Origin: an uncultured delta proteobacterium
GTDB taxonomy: Bacteria; Myxococcota_A; Polyangia; Polyangiales; Polyangiaceae
Assembly (NCBI GenBank): GCA_963716725.1
Contig: CAVQUB010000007.1
Location: forward strand, 64,001-128,000
Direction: 5' to 3'
Length of the DNA stretch: 64,000 nucleotides
Shown here: piece by piece, positions 24,660-35,960 of the stretch
Position numbering within the stretch: the stretch's first letter is position 1
Layout of the letters: every line of letters starts with the position of its first letter
Made by a program: the position numbers and the translations under genes
The notes under the pieces: generated by a model
Databases searched by the model: none
Seen by the model: the letters and a program-made list of their open reading frames with translations, nothing else
What the model was told of the DNA's origin: nothing

Positions 24660-25502
24660 ATGACCGAGCCCGCCGACACCGAGCCGACTTCTGGGCGCAT
24701 GAGCCTGGTGCCGCGTCCCGTCGAAGAACCGGATATGTCGCTGCGCCTGCTCGGCTTCTTGCACCACCTGGGCATGGTGGCGGAGATGACCTGGCGCACG
24801 ACTCGCGCGCTCTTCAAGCGACCCTTCGAAGGCCGCGCGATCATCACGCAGCTCGAGTCGCTGGGCGTCAAGTCCCTGGGCATCGTGATCGTGACCAGCG
24901 TCTTCATCGGCATGGTGATGGCGGTGCAGTTTGCCTTCGGCCTGCGCAAGTTCGGCGGCATGGAGTACACCGGGCGCGTGGTCGGTCTGTCGTTTGCGCG
25001 CGAGCTTGCGCCGACCTTGACCGCCGTCATCGTCGGCGGCCGCATCGGGGCCGGCATGGCCGCCGAGGTCGGATCCATGGCCGTCACCGAGCAGATCGAC
25101 GCCCTGCGGGCCCTGGGCGCCGATCCCTACAAGAAGCTGGTGTTGCCGCGGCTGATCGCCTCAATCCTCGTGATGCCGGTCCTCGGCGCCCTCGCCCTCG
25201 TGCTCGGCTTCACGGGCGCGATGTTGATCACCGACTTTCAGTTCGGTATCCCCGCGAGCTTCTTCTTTTACAGCGCGCTGGGCACCGTCACCATGAAGGA
25301 CTTCATCAGCGGCATGCTGAAGACGCCCTTCTTCGGCGCCATCATCGCCCTGGTGGGCTGCCACTTCGGAATGATCACCCGGGGCGGAACCGCCGGGGTG
25401 GGCAACAGCACGACTCGTACCGTGGTCGTGATCTCGATCTCGATCCTGATCGCAGACTTCTTCTTGACCAAGATGAGCATCTCGCTCATGCCTCCTTTCT
25501 GA
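24660..25502 (+). CDS. mlaE: MlaE-family ABC permease
   Basis: RELAPTLTAVIVGGRIGAGMAAEVGSMAVTEQIDALRALG, LVLPRL, GGTAGVGNSTTRTVV. Confidence 0.92.
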   Translation: MTEPADTEPTSGRMSLVPRPVEEPDMSLRLLGFLHHLGMVAEMTWRTTRALFKRPFEGRAIITQLESLGVKSLGIVIVTSVFIGMVMAVQFAFGLRKFGGMEYTGRVVGLSFARELAPTLTAVIVGGRIGAGMAAEVGSMAVTEQIDALRALGADPYKKLVLPRLIASILVMPVLGALALVLGFTGAMLITDFQFGIPASFFFYSALGTVTMKDFISGMLKTPFFGAIIALVGCHFGMITRGGTAGVGNSTTRTVVVISISILIADFFLTKMSISLMPPF

Positions 25503-25831
25503 TGCACCGCCCACTGCTGGCCCTGGCGCTTCTCGGCTGCACCGCCTGCGGCTCGGACCAGAGTCACCCGCCGGAGTTCGTGCCGGGCGATGCCATGGGT
25601 GCGCCGAGGTCCTGCGCCGAGGTCCGTGCTGGAGAGGTCCACAGCGGCGCCTTTTGGGTCGCCGGAGGCCCGGCGCGCTGCGGACCAACCGCCCAGGAAT
25701 GCCCCGTGTTCGACCTGCAAGCCCACGCAAACCTGTGCAAGCAGGGCGTACCCTTCGCGAGCTGCCAATCCGGCACCTGGGTCGTGCGCTGTGAGCTCGA
25801 TTCGGGCATCAGCGACGCGTCCAGCGACTGA
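25502..25831 (+). CDS. Small Cys-rich lipoprotein
   Basis: MHRPLLALALLGCTA-C. TGATG coupling to mlaE. Several further Cys. Confidence 0.6.
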   Translation: MHRPLLALALLGCTACGSDQSHPPEFVPGDAMGAPRSCAEVRAGEVHSGAFWVAGGPARCGPTAQECPVFDLQAHANLCKQGVPFASCQSGTWVVRCELDSGISDASSD

Positions 25832-25849
25832 TTGTCGTCGGTGGCCGGC

Positions 25850-25877
25850 TTGACATGGGGCTCGCGCCTTCTACTCT
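25850..25877 (+). promoter_or_regulatory. Putative sigma70 promoter of the MerR-DUF2203-folE-SDR operon
   Basis: TTGACA-N16-TACTCT followed by a tccca-N6-tggga inverted repeat before the GTG start. Confidence 0.55.
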
Positions 25878-25897
25878 TTCCCATTGAAGTGGGACGC

Positions 25898-26440
25898 GTG
25901 GCTCGAGCCAAGCCGATCAGGCCAACTGCGCGCCGACACGCGCCAGCTGAAGCACGCCGAAAAGACGGCCTGTTGACCACCGGGGACATGGCCCGGCTGT
26001 CGCAAAACACCCTTCGAACCGTGCGCTTCTACGAAGAGTCGGGCCTGCTCGAGCCCGATCGCCGAACTGGCGGCGGGCATCGCCTGTTCGGCATGCGCGA
26101 GCTGCGCAAGCTGCTCTTGGTCAGTGACCTCAGGGCGGCCGGGCTCGCGTTGGAGGACATCCGGGAGTTTCTCGCCCTCAAGCACCGCTGTCCCTCGGGC
26201 TCGCTTGCATCGCGGCAAGTCGTCGCGAAGCTCGAAGAACAGGTCGGCCTGATGAACACGCGCATCGCGCTGCTCAAACGGCTCGCGACGGAGCTCGACG
26301 CAGCCAGGACCCACCTGACCGCTTGCGCAATGTGTGAGGACCCGTCGGCTTTCCCGGCCTCGTGCAAGAGCTGCGACAAGCTGAAGTGCACCGGCCGAAT
26401 CCCGGACGCGCTGGGCGTGCTTTGGGACGTCGAACCCTGA
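25898..26440 (+). CDS. MerR-family regulator with a C-terminal Cys cluster
   Basis: LTTGDMARLSQNTLRTVRFYEESGLL..RTGGGHRLF, GLALEDIRE, tail CAMC-x9-CKSC-x4-C. Confidence 0.9.
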   Translation: MARAKPIRPTARRHAPAEARRKDGLLTTGDMARLSQNTLRTVRFYEESGLLEPDRRTGGGHRLFGMRELRKLLLVSDLRAAGLALEDIREFLALKHRCPSGSLASRQVVAKLEEQVGLMNTRIALLKRLATELDAARTHLTACAMCEDPSAFPASCKSCDKLKCTGRIPDALGVLWDVEP

Positions 26441-26441
26441 G

Positions 26442-26885
26442 GTGATTGTGGCGATTCCTCGTGTCTTCACCGTAGCCGAGGTCGACGCGTTGATCCCGCG
26501 TTTGGCCGAACTCGTGGCGGAGCAACTCCACCGCCAGAGCGTCGTCGAAGAAGGGCTGGCGGAGCTGGCCCGGGTCGCCGGGGGTTTGCCGCCCACCATC
26601 GAACCCACAGACGACGACAGCGCCGAGATCCAACGCCTCAAGCTCGAGCTCGCGCGGCGCATCAAGGACTACGACGACGGGTGGCGCGAGGTGCAAGCGC
26701 TGGGAGCCGTGGTGAAAGATCCACAGATCGGCCTGCTCGATTTCTACGGGAACGTCGACGGCAGGCTGGTTTGGCTGTGCTGGCGCTACGGCGAAGAGTC
26801 GCTGCGCTACTGGCACGATCTGCGCTCGGGCTACTCCGACCGCCAGCCGCTGCGGACCGAAGCACGCCAGCGGCTCTGGAACTGA
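26442..26885 (+). CDS. DUF2203-family protein
   Basis: FTVAEVDALIP, GAVVKDPQIGLLDFYG, VWLCWRYGEESLRYWH..GYSDRQPL. Confidence 0.82.
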   Translation: MIVAIPRVFTVAEVDALIPRLAELVAEQLHRQSVVEEGLAELARVAGGLPPTIEPTDDDSAEIQRLKLELARRIKDYDDGWREVQALGAVVKDPQIGLLDFYGNVDGRLVWLCWRYGEESLRYWHDLRSGYSDRQPLRTEARQRLWN

Positions 26886-26888
26886 GCC

Positions 26889-27464
26889 ATGGACCGCGCC
26901 GCAGCCGAACGCGCCATCGCGGACTTCCTGCGCGCCCTCGGGCGCGATCCGAGCCAAGATCCCGAGCTCCGTGAGACGCCAAAGCGCGTGGCCGAAGCCT
27001 TCGCCGACGAGCTGCTCGTGGGCTACGCCACGGATCTCGAGCTGCTCTTGCGGGAGGGATCGCCCGCGCCCAGGGACCCTGCCGGAATCGTGGTCGTTCG
27101 AGACATCGCGGTGGCCACGGTGTGCCCGCATCACCTCTTGTCGTCGCTCGGACACGCGATCGTAGCCTACCGTCCGGGGCAACGCGTGCTCGGCCTGGGC
27201 ACCATCGCGCGCCTGGTCGACGCTTGCTCCCGGCGCCTCGCGCTGCAAGAGCGCATCGGCGAGATGGTGGTCGATTCACTGGTTCGACACGGCGGGGCAC
27301 GCGGGGCCTTCTGTCGGATCACGCTGCGCCACAGCTGCCTGAGCGCACGCGGCGCGCGGCAAGCAGACGCAACCGTGAGCACGCTGGCGAGCGCGGGTGA
27401 CCTCGGCGATCCGACCTGCGCCCACGAGCTCGCACTGGCGCTGGGTGCGGGGCACGCTCCGTGA
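26889..27464 (+). CDS. folE: GTP cyclohydrolase I (divergent)
   Basis: LRETPKRVA, CPHHLL, AYRPG.RVLGL, RRLALQER, HSCLSARG. Confidence 0.87.
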   Translation: MDRAAAERAIADFLRALGRDPSQDPELRETPKRVAEAFADELLVGYATDLELLLREGSPAPRDPAGIVVVRDIAVATVCPHHLLSSLGHAIVAYRPGQRVLGLGTIARLVDACSRRLALQERIGEMVVDSLVRHGGARGAFCRITLRHSCLSARGARQADATVSTLASAGDLGDPTCAHELALALGAGHAP

Positions 27465-28138
27465 CGCTGGCGCTGATCACCGGAGCAAGCCGCGGGATCG
27501 GTCGCGCCACGGCCCTCGCCCTGGCCGAGCGCGGCACCAACCTGATCCTGCTGGGTCGTCCGTCGCGCGGCCTGGACGAAACAGCCCAAATTGCCCGGCA
27601 GCGGGTCGATGTCCAAGCAGAGCACTGCGACCTCGGGGATGTCGGGGCGGTCCACGCGGCGTGCGCTCGCATCCTGGAGCGACAGACGCCCGACGTGATC
27701 GTCAACGACGCCGCGATCATCGAGCGGCTGAGCATCGAACAGACCTCCGTCGACGCCTGGGATCAGCAGCTGGCCGTGAACCTGCGCGCGCCCTTCCAGC
27801 TGGCGCGGGCCTTCTTGCCGGCGATGCGGGCACGACGAAGCGGTCGAATCGTCAACGTCGGCAGCATCTCGGCGACCATGGGCTGCGCCCACGCGGCGGC
27901 CTACGCCGCGTCGAAGTGGGGGCTCGTGGGCTTCACCAAGAGCTTGGCTGCCGAACTCAGCGACAGCGGCGTGATGACCCTGGTGGTCCTGCCGGGATCG
28001 GTGGACACCGACATGCTCGCCGGGAGCGGCTTCGCCCCTCGCATGACGGCCCGGGACGTCGCCGGGACCCTGGTCCACTACGCGCTCGATGCGTCCGTCG
28101 CCCACAACGGCGCCGTGATCGAGATGTTCGGCGTCTGA
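27461..28138 (+). CDS. Short-chain dehydrogenase/reductase
   Basis: ITGASRGIG, YAASKWG, PGSVDTDM. GTGA overlap with folE. Confidence 0.92.
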   Translation: MTLALITGASRGIGRATALALAERGTNLILLGRPSRGLDETAQIARQRVDVQAEHCDLGDVGAVHAACARILERQTPDVIVNDAAIIERLSIEQTSVDAWDQQLAVNLRAPFQLARAFLPAMRARRSGRIVNVGSISATMGCAHAAAYAASKWGLVGFTKSLAAELSDSGVMTLVVLPGSVDTDMLAGSGFAPRMTARDVAGTLVHYALDASVAHNGAVIEMFGV

Positions 28139-28145
28139 CAAAAGG

Positions 28146-28233
28146 GGAAAGGGCCCGCCACACCCGCTCTCCTCCTACCGTTGCTGCCTTCCGGCCCTGG
28201 CGGGGTTCGAGGTGCGCTGTTGGCGAGCCCACA
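28146..28233 (-). ncRNA. ffs: Small bacterial SRP RNA (4.5S)
   Basis: Minus strand GAACCCCGCCAGGGCCGGAAGGCAGCAACGGTAG carries the SRP domain IV motif (CAGG..GGAA..AGCA), enclosed by a gggctcgcca/tggcgggccc terminal stem. Ends are approximate. Confidence 0.9.
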
Positions 28234-28324
28234 CTGTGCGAACGCCGGCTTTCGTAGCGCAAGCACCTCGGCGTGTAAAGACGCTCGACAATCCACCGGG
28301 GCAGCCGCAACTTCCTGGACGGAG

Positions 28325-29086
28325 ATGAGCCACTTTCGCCCCTGGCGCGCGCTTGCGCTCGTCGTTTCTGCGGCGCTGATCGCCGGCGCTTTGCACCACG
28401 CGCGTGAGGACGCCCGATGGCTGCTGGTGCCGGCCGCGGCCCTGGTCGGGCTCGCGATCTCCTTCGGCCTGCGCGCGCTGGGCCAGCGCCGAGTGCGCCG
28501 GATGCTGGTCGAGGGTCGGGCCGAAGAGCTGCTCCAACACTGGCACGACTCGCTCGTCGCGCTCCCCCACGCGGACACCACGGTGCCGCTCCTGCACGCG
28601 ACGGCGCTGGCCGCCAGCGGTCACACGGTCCGCGCCCGCGCGGCCCTCGACCACGCAGCGCGAGGCAAGTCCTGGCCGGCAGCGCACGAGCACCGGCTCC
28701 TGATCGAGACCCTGCTGGACGCGTTCGAGGGGGAGCCCGGAGCCGCGCTCAGCAAAGCCCAGGCGCTCAGCGAACTTCCGCTCCCGGAGCTGCCGAACGA
28801 CCTTCGTGTTCGAGTCGCGCTCCTGCGTGAGTCGGTGGCTGCGGTGGCCCGCGCGTTCGCGCATCAACCCGAAGCTCGGGACGCAAACTTGCTCCGTCAG
28901 GCGGCGGGACGAAACGCGCTGATCCACTGGCCCCTGCGCTACGCCGCCGCGGTGGTGTGCATCGACCAGGGCGAAAGGGCCGCAGCGCGGGAGCTCCTGG
29001 CGGACGCCCCAGCCTGGCCGGAAGACTCCGCGTTCCGGGCGTTCCACGCGGAGCTGAGCGCTTACGCGCGGGAGCCAAGAGACTAG
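28325..29086 (+). CDS. Hypothetical membrane protein with a TPR-like helical domain
   Basis: GGAG-ATG, two N-terminal hydrophobic segments, then Ala/Leu-rich helices. Confidence 0.65.
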   Translation: MSHFRPWRALALVVSAALIAGALHHAREDARWLLVPAAALVGLAISFGLRALGQRRVRRMLVEGRAEELLQHWHDSLVALPHADTTVPLLHATALAASGHTVRARAALDHAARGKSWPAAHEHRLLIETLLDAFEGEPGAALSKAQALSELPLPELPNDLRVRVALLRESVAAVARAFAHQPEARDANLLRQAAGRNALIHWPLRYAAAVVCIDQGERAAARELLADAPAWPEDSAFRAFHAELSAYAREPRD

Positions 29087-29104
29087 ACTAGGCTCTGCCA
29101 TCAC

Positions 29105-30583
29105 ATGGGCGACCCTGCAAAACCGTCGAAGCACGACGAGGTGCCGGACCTGGAGCTCGGTCCGCTCGTCCCGCGCACCAAGCAGCCGCAGCCGCAGCCG
29201 CAGACCCAGGCGCCGGGCGCCGCGGCGCGCCCAGCGCCCGCTCCCAGCGGCGGCGCTCCCTTCGACATGTTCAGCGGGAGCTTCGACGAGGACCACTTCG
29301 GCTCTGGCTCCTCGCTCTCCGATCACAGTGCACGCACCAAGAGCAGCGGCGCCTACGACGGAAGCTCGATGGATCTCGACGACCACGAGGAGCAGGCCAA
29401 CCTGAACCTCGAGCTCTCGTCGTACCGTCCTCCGGGCCTCGAGGGCAGCTCGGCTCCGACCGTGCCATCGGGGATGCCCGGCGCCCCTTCGGCGGCGCCC
29501 GGCGCCCCCTCCCGAGCACCCGGCGCTCCTGCCCAGACGCCCACGCAGAGCCTCGCGCCGGCGTTACCGGAGATCGATCGCAGCGCCGTGGGTTTGATCG
29601 CGCGCTACGGCCCTGCGCCCAGCGCCATCTACCTCGCTCCGCTCTACGCCTTTCGCGTGCTCTCACGTCAGCGCGAGCTGCGCACGGAGCTGCGACGCCT
29701 GAACGGCGAAGTCGCCGCGCAAGAGCGCAAGCTCGACGAGATGTTCGCTTCGCTCGCCTCTGGCATGCGCGACTCGCTCGAGGGCGACTCGCGCTTTGCC
29801 GCGAGCTACGAGCCCGTGCGTCAACTCGAGGCCATCGCCGGCGAGCGTGGCGCGGCCCTGAGCCAGACCAACGAGCAATTCAAGGCGCACAGCGACCAAC
29901 TCGAGCAGCAACTTCATTCCGTTCAGGCGCAGACCCCGCCACTCGAACAAGAGCGTGAGCGCGCCACGGCAGAGGTCACGGAACGCGAAGCCGCGCTGTC
30001 GCGGGTCGCTGCCAAGCAGAAGCGCTTCATGATCGAGGCGCGCTCGATCAAGATGAACGCGCAGCAGGGCGCTGCTCCAAACGCGCCGCTCTCGCCGGAA
30101 ACCACCGCGCAGATCCAAGCTCTCGAGACCCAAGCCGGAGCGCTTCAACCGGAGGTCGAGCAACTCCAGCAAGAGTTGGCGCAAGCCCAAACCGCGCTCC
30201 AAGACGTGCGCGGTCAGCTGGGCGTCCTCGGACAGCACACGCGGCGCATTCAGGAGCAGCAGAAGGCCCTCGCTCGACAATTCCAAGGTCAACTCAGCGC
30301 CGCATCGGCAGGCGTCAACGAGGCGGAGCGCGAGCTCACCGGCGCCCTCGCGCTGATCGGCCGAGGCGTGCTGGCGCAGAGCGAAGGCCTGGGCCTCGAC
30401 TCGACCACGGTCACGGCCATTCGCACCGGAGACATCAACCTGCAACGTCTGGCAGAATCCAACGCGCTGCATCTCGCCGCGCTCGACGCCTACGACCGAG
30501 AGGTCGTCCAGAAGGGCTACCTGATCGCGGGCGGCCTGGTTGGCGCCGTGCTGCTCGCCATCGTTCTGGTGATCGTGCTCTGA
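29105..30583 (+). CDS. Hypothetical protein: Pro/Ser-rich N-terminus, long coiled coil, C-terminal TM anchor
   Basis: 492-aa ORF with Q/E/A heptads, ending GYLIAGGLVGAVLLAIVLVIVL. Confidence 0.78.
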   Translation: MGDPAKPSKHDEVPDLELGPLVPRTKQPQPQPQTQAPGAAARPAPAPSGGAPFDMFSGSFDEDHFGSGSSLSDHSARTKSSGAYDGSSMDLDDHEEQANLNLELSSYRPPGLEGSSAPTVPSGMPGAPSAAPGAPSRAPGAPAQTPTQSLAPALPEIDRSAVGLIARYGPAPSAIYLAPLYAFRVLSRQRELRTELRRLNGEVAAQERKLDEMFASLASGMRDSLEGDSRFAASYEPVRQLEAIAGERGAALSQTNEQFKAHSDQLEQQLHSVQAQTPPLEQERERATAEVTEREAALSRVAAKQKRFMIEARSIKMNAQQGAAPNAPLSPETTAQIQALETQAGALQPEVEQLQQELAQAQTALQDVRGQLGVLGQHTRRIQEQQKALARQFQGQLSAASAGVNEAERELTGALALIGRGVLAQSEGLGLDSTTVTAIRTGDINLQRLAESNALHLAALDAYDREVVQKGYLIAGGLVGAVLLAIVLVIVL

Positions 30584-30589
30584 CTCGGA

Positions 30590-32143
<1,554 letters not shown>

Positions 32144-32254
32144 GGCGCGCCCTCGCTAGCATGAGCGCTCGGCTGCGTCACTCGCTCGTCGAATCCATTT
32201 ACAGCGCCGTGACGCCAGTACATTCTCTCCTTCGGACCAAGGGTGGAGGGTCGA

Positions 32255-33694
32255 ATGAACGAGCGAGTCGCGATCGTGTGCGCCGTAGCGTGTCTCGTCG
32301 TTGCGTGCCCACTGGCGTGCGACGGATCCGATGACGGCGGGGGTGGTCCGGCGGGTGGATCGAGCGGGGCGGCGACTGGCGGGTCGAGCACCACGGGTGG
32401 CGCCGGTGGCTTTGGTGGCGCCGGTGGCGCCGGTGGCGCCGGCGGCGTTGGTGGCGCCGGTGGCGCCAGTGGCACGGGCGGGGCGCCGGATGCGTCCGAC
32501 GCATCGACGGGCGGCGTGGGCGGCGTCGATGCCTCGCTCGACGGCTCGGGCGGCGAAGACGCGAACACCGAGGACGTCATCCCCTCGCCGGACGCGCCGC
32601 AGTTCCCCGATGTCATGCCACCTCCGATCACTTGCACTCCCGTCGATGGCGGGACGCTGGACGGAGGCGCGCCGTGCGTTCCGAAGTACACGCTTCATCT
32701 GGCGCCATTCCAGATCGCCGAGACGCGCGGCGTGCGCGCCATCAACGAATCCGGACAACTCGCCGGAAGCACGTTGACTAGCGCCTACCGCTACACTCCG
32801 GGAAAACCCCTGGAGACCACCTTCGGCGGCAAGACCTACGGCGGCGCGGACGACATCGACGACAACGGGTCGATCGTCGGAGGCTACGACGCTTTCCGAT
32901 GGGATCCGCCGGGCAGCACCCCCTCGGGCGGCTGGCAGCCTGGGCTTCATCCCCTACCCCAGGGGAACGCCGCGTACGGAATGGCCAATAGCGGCCTGGT
33001 CGTTGGGTATTCGTACACCCCCGGGCCCGCATTGTGGACGGCCTCGGGCGCGCCGACCCAGCCCGCCGCGCCGGCCACGTGCTTGCCCAAACCCTACCCG
33101 ACGCCCTACGACGTGAATGACGATCAGTACGTGGTGGGCGAGTGCTCGGTTTGGTCGGGAACGGATTGGTCGCCTCGCGCGGTTCGCTTCGCCGCTGGGA
33201 CGCACTCGGCGCTCGTACTCGGCAGTCAGGCGAGTAGCGCATCCCGAGTCAACGCGCTCAATCAGGCCGTCGGCTTTGCCTGGACCTCCAACATGAGGGC
33301 GATGCTGTGGGACGCCAATGGGACAGCGAAGGACCTCGGCGCGCTCGATAACGCGGACCCCACCCACAGCTTCGCCTACGACATCAGCGACTCGGGGCGT
33401 GTGGTCGGCAAGAGTCGCGCCATGGCTTGCGTCGGTGGCTGGCCCTCCCTCGGCGAATACGCCGTCGTGTGGGAGCCTGGCGGAACCATCCAAGACCTGA
33501 ACAACCTCGCGTGCACCCGCCTGAAAGGCAGCGCGGCGTCGGTGGCTCCGCTCAAGAGTTCGAGTTGCAACGCCGATTGGTCGAGCGTTCAACTCGTCAG
33601 CGCCGATGCCGTCAACGAGAAGGGCCAGATCGCCGGCACAGCGTGGAACTGCACGACGCAGCAGTACCAACCCTTCATCCTCACGCCGATCTGA
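32255..33694 (+). CDS. Lipoprotein with a Gly-rich linker and a HAF-repeat (beta-propeller-like) domain
   Basis: Lipobox-like PLA-C, GGAGG repeats, and repeated AINESGQLAG, VNALNQAVG, ISDSGRVVG, VNEKGQIAG, IQDLN. Confidence 0.82.
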   Translation: MNERVAIVCAVACLVVACPLACDGSDDGGGGPAGGSSGAATGGSSTTGGAGGFGGAGGAGGAGGVGGAGGASGTGGAPDASDASTGGVGGVDASLDGSGGEDANTEDVIPSPDAPQFPDVMPPPITCTPVDGGTLDGGAPCVPKYTLHLAPFQIAETRGVRAINESGQLAGSTLTSAYRYTPGKPLETTFGGKTYGGADDIDDNGSIVGGYDAFRWDPPGSTPSGGWQPGLHPLPQGNAAYGMANSGLVVGYSYTPGPALWTASGAPTQPAAPATCLPKPYPTPYDVNDDQYVVGECSVWSGTDWSPRAVRFAAGTHSALVLGSQASSASRVNALNQAVGFAWTSNMRAMLWDANGTAKDLGALDNADPTHSFAYDISDSGRVVGKSRAMACVGGWPSLGEYAVVWEPGGTIQDLNNLACTRLKGSAASVAPLKSSSCNADWSSVQLVSADAVNEKGQIAGTAWNCTTQQYQPFILTPI

Positions 33695-33726
33695 AGGTCA
33701 GCGGGAGCGCGCCGCGCTCCACCGCG

Positions 33727-34881
33727 TCACTCGCGGGGCGGGTCGAAGTAATCGACCTCGACACCCCTCGGCGTACGAAAACGCGTCACGCCCGGCCGCC
33801 GCCCGATCACGTAGTCCGGCCCGATCGGAACCTTGCCGAAGCCGCCAGGTGTGTCCACGATCAGCTTTGGCAGCGCTATCCCGCTGAGCCGACCCCAGAG
33901 CTGCTCCATGATCGCGACGCCGGCGGCGATGGGCGTGCGCAGGTGTCCCGTGCCTCGCGCCGGATCGGCTTGCAGCAAATAGTATGGACGTGCCCGCACC
34001 CGCACGAGCCCGCGAAACAGCTCGGCAAGCACGCCAGCGTCGTCGTTCACCCCTCTCAAGAGCACCGTCTGGTTCATCACCGGAAAGCCGGCGTTGGCCA
34101 GGCGCTCGAGCCCGCGGCAGGCGATCGGCGTCAGCTCCTTGGGGTGATTGAAGTGCGTCATCACCCAGAGCGGATGCAGGGGAGCCAGCGCACGCAAGAG
34201 CTCCCCGGTGATCCGCTGCGGCAATACCACCGGCACCCGGGTCGCGAGCCGAATGGTCTCGATGCTCTCGATGGCTCGCAAGCCCGCGACCACCTGCACC
34301 AGGCGCTCGGTGGCCAGCGTCAGTGGGTCACCGCCGCTCACGATCACGTCTCGGATTTCGGGGTGGGCCGCCAAGTAGTCGAAAGCGGGTCCAAGATGCT
34401 CGAGGGACCGCGTGCCGCTGCCGCCGCCCACCATGCGACTGCGCGTGCAGAACCGGCAGTAGACAGCGCAGCGATCGGTCGCGAGCACCAGCGCGCGATC
34501 CGGGTAGCGCTGCACCAGATCGGGCGCGACCTCGTGGGCTTCTTCGCCCAGCGGATCGACCAGGTCTCCGCGCGTGGTCTCGCCCTCGAGCCGGTGCGGG
34601 ACGACCTGACGTCGGATCGGGCAGGCGGCGTCGAGCGGATCGACCAGCGACAAGTAGTAGGGCGTGATCCCGAAGGGAAACCCCTGGCGCTCGGAGCGTT
34701 CGGCCCCGGCAAGCTCCTCGGGCGTGAGCTGGACGCGAGCCGAAAGTTCGCTGGCCGATCGCACGGCGTTTGCCAGCTGCCACTTCCACGGCGCAGAGCG
34801 GCGACGCTCGCTACCGCCTGAACCGCCCGGGTCGGGCGACGGCAAGACCACGAGCGCGCTACTTGGGCGCGGCTCCAGCAT
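33727..34881 (-). CDS. KamA-family radical SAM aminomutase
   Basis: CAVYCRFCTR (CxxxCxxC), SGGDPL, HFNHPKE, NQTVLLRGVND, PGGFGKVP. Confidence 0.93.
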   Translation of the reverse strand: MLEPRPSSALVVLPSPDPGGSGGSERRRSAPWKWQLANAVRSASELSARVQLTPEELAGAERSERQGFPFGITPYYLSLVDPLDAACPIRRQVVPHRLEGETTRGDLVDPLGEEAHEVAPDLVQRYPDRALVLATDRCAVYCRFCTRSRMVGGGSGTRSLEHLGPAFDYLAAHPEIRDVIVSGGDPLTLATERLVQVVAGLRAIESIETIRLATRVPVVLPQRITGELLRALAPLHPLWVMTHFNHPKELTPIACRGLERLANAGFPVMNQTVLLRGVNDDAGVLAELFRGLVRVRARPYYLLQADPARGTGHLRTPIAAGVAIMEQLWGRLSGIALPKLIVDTPGGFGKVPIGPDYVIGRRPGVTRFRTPRGVEVDYFDPPRE

Positions 34882-35875
34882 CGAGCTTTTCCAAGGGTGA
34901 CTTCGGCAGCTCGATCTTCTCGAGGGCTTTTTCGTCGATCTTGACCGGATAGCGCTCGCGAAGCTCCTTCTCGATGCGAGCCTCCGCAGCGCGCACGCGC
35001 TCTTGGAGGATCGCCACGCGGATGGTGCGCTCAGCCTCTGCGAGCGTGCGATCGCGCGCGTCGGTCTTGCCGGTCATGCGAACGACGTGGAACTTGCCGC
35101 CGTCGGCCACGAGCTCCCCGTGGATGCCACCCACCGCCGCGATCTTGAACACCGCCTCGCGGAGCGGCTCGGGCACCCGGGGGTTGTCGCCCTTGGACGA
35201 CCCCGGTGGACCGATGATGCCCAGATCCCCAGACAGTTCCACCGGACCCGTCGCCGCGCCTTGCGGCGGTTTCTCCAGCGAGTGATCCCGGACCAGCTTG
35301 CCCCACTCCGCAGGCGACGCCTTCTTGGCCTGCTCGAGCACCTGCTTGGCTTTGGCCTCGTCCGCCAGCACGATGTGCGCGACGCGCCGGCGCTCCGGAT
35401 CGCGAAACTCCTCGCGCTTCTTGTCGTAGTACGCGCGCACCTCGCTCTCCGGGATGTCCGCGGGAGCGGTGACCTCAGTGCGCGTCTGACGCATCACATC
35501 CTCACGCAGGATCTGACGCACGCGCTCCTTGACCTCGGGCTTCTGGTCGAGACCGCGTCGTTTGGCTTCGATCGCCAACAGCTCGGCCTTGATGATCTCG
35601 TCGAGCAGCTGACGGCGTCGATCGACGGACTGGTAGCGCAGCCGCTCGAACTGATCCATGCGGTCGATGGTCGCGGCGAACTCGCCGAGGGTGATCACCC
35701 GGTCACCCACCGTTGCCAGCGGCTTCTGCGCCAGCTCGGGCGAGAGCCCGGTCGACGCGGGCGCGGCGCTCCCGGTGGGAGGCGGCCCTTTGTCGATGGC
35801 CTTCTCGTTGCAAGCCAGCACGACGAGCCCGGAAAGGAGCAGGACGGTGGCGGTGGGCCTCGGCATGGTCGGCAC
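34859..35875 (-). CDS. PpiC/parvulin-type peptidyl-prolyl isomerase lipoprotein
   Basis: [38 protein letters not shown]. Confidence 0.85.
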   Translation of the reverse strand: MPTMPRPTATVLLLSGLVVLACNEKAIDKGPPPTGSAAPASTGLSPELAQKPLATVGDRVITLGEFAATIDRMDQFERLRYQSVDRRRQLLDEIIKAELLAIEAKRRGLDQKPEVKERVRQILREDVMRQTRTEVTAPADIPESEVRAYYDKKREEFRDPERRRVAHIVLADEAKAKQVLEQAKKASPAEWGKLVRDHSLEKPPQGAATGPVELSGDLGIIGPPGSSKGDNPRVPEPLREAVFKIAAVGGIHGELVADGGKFHVVRMTGKTDARDRTLAEAERTIRVAILQERVRAAEARIEKELRERYPVKIDEKALEKIELPKSPLEKLDAGAAPK

Positions 35876-35960
35876 CGAATACTACGACCCCGCCCACGGT
35901 GCCAGGCGCCGAAGGCGCCGGCGTTGCGGGGCAGCCCCATCACGGCTAGGTCTCCGCCTC

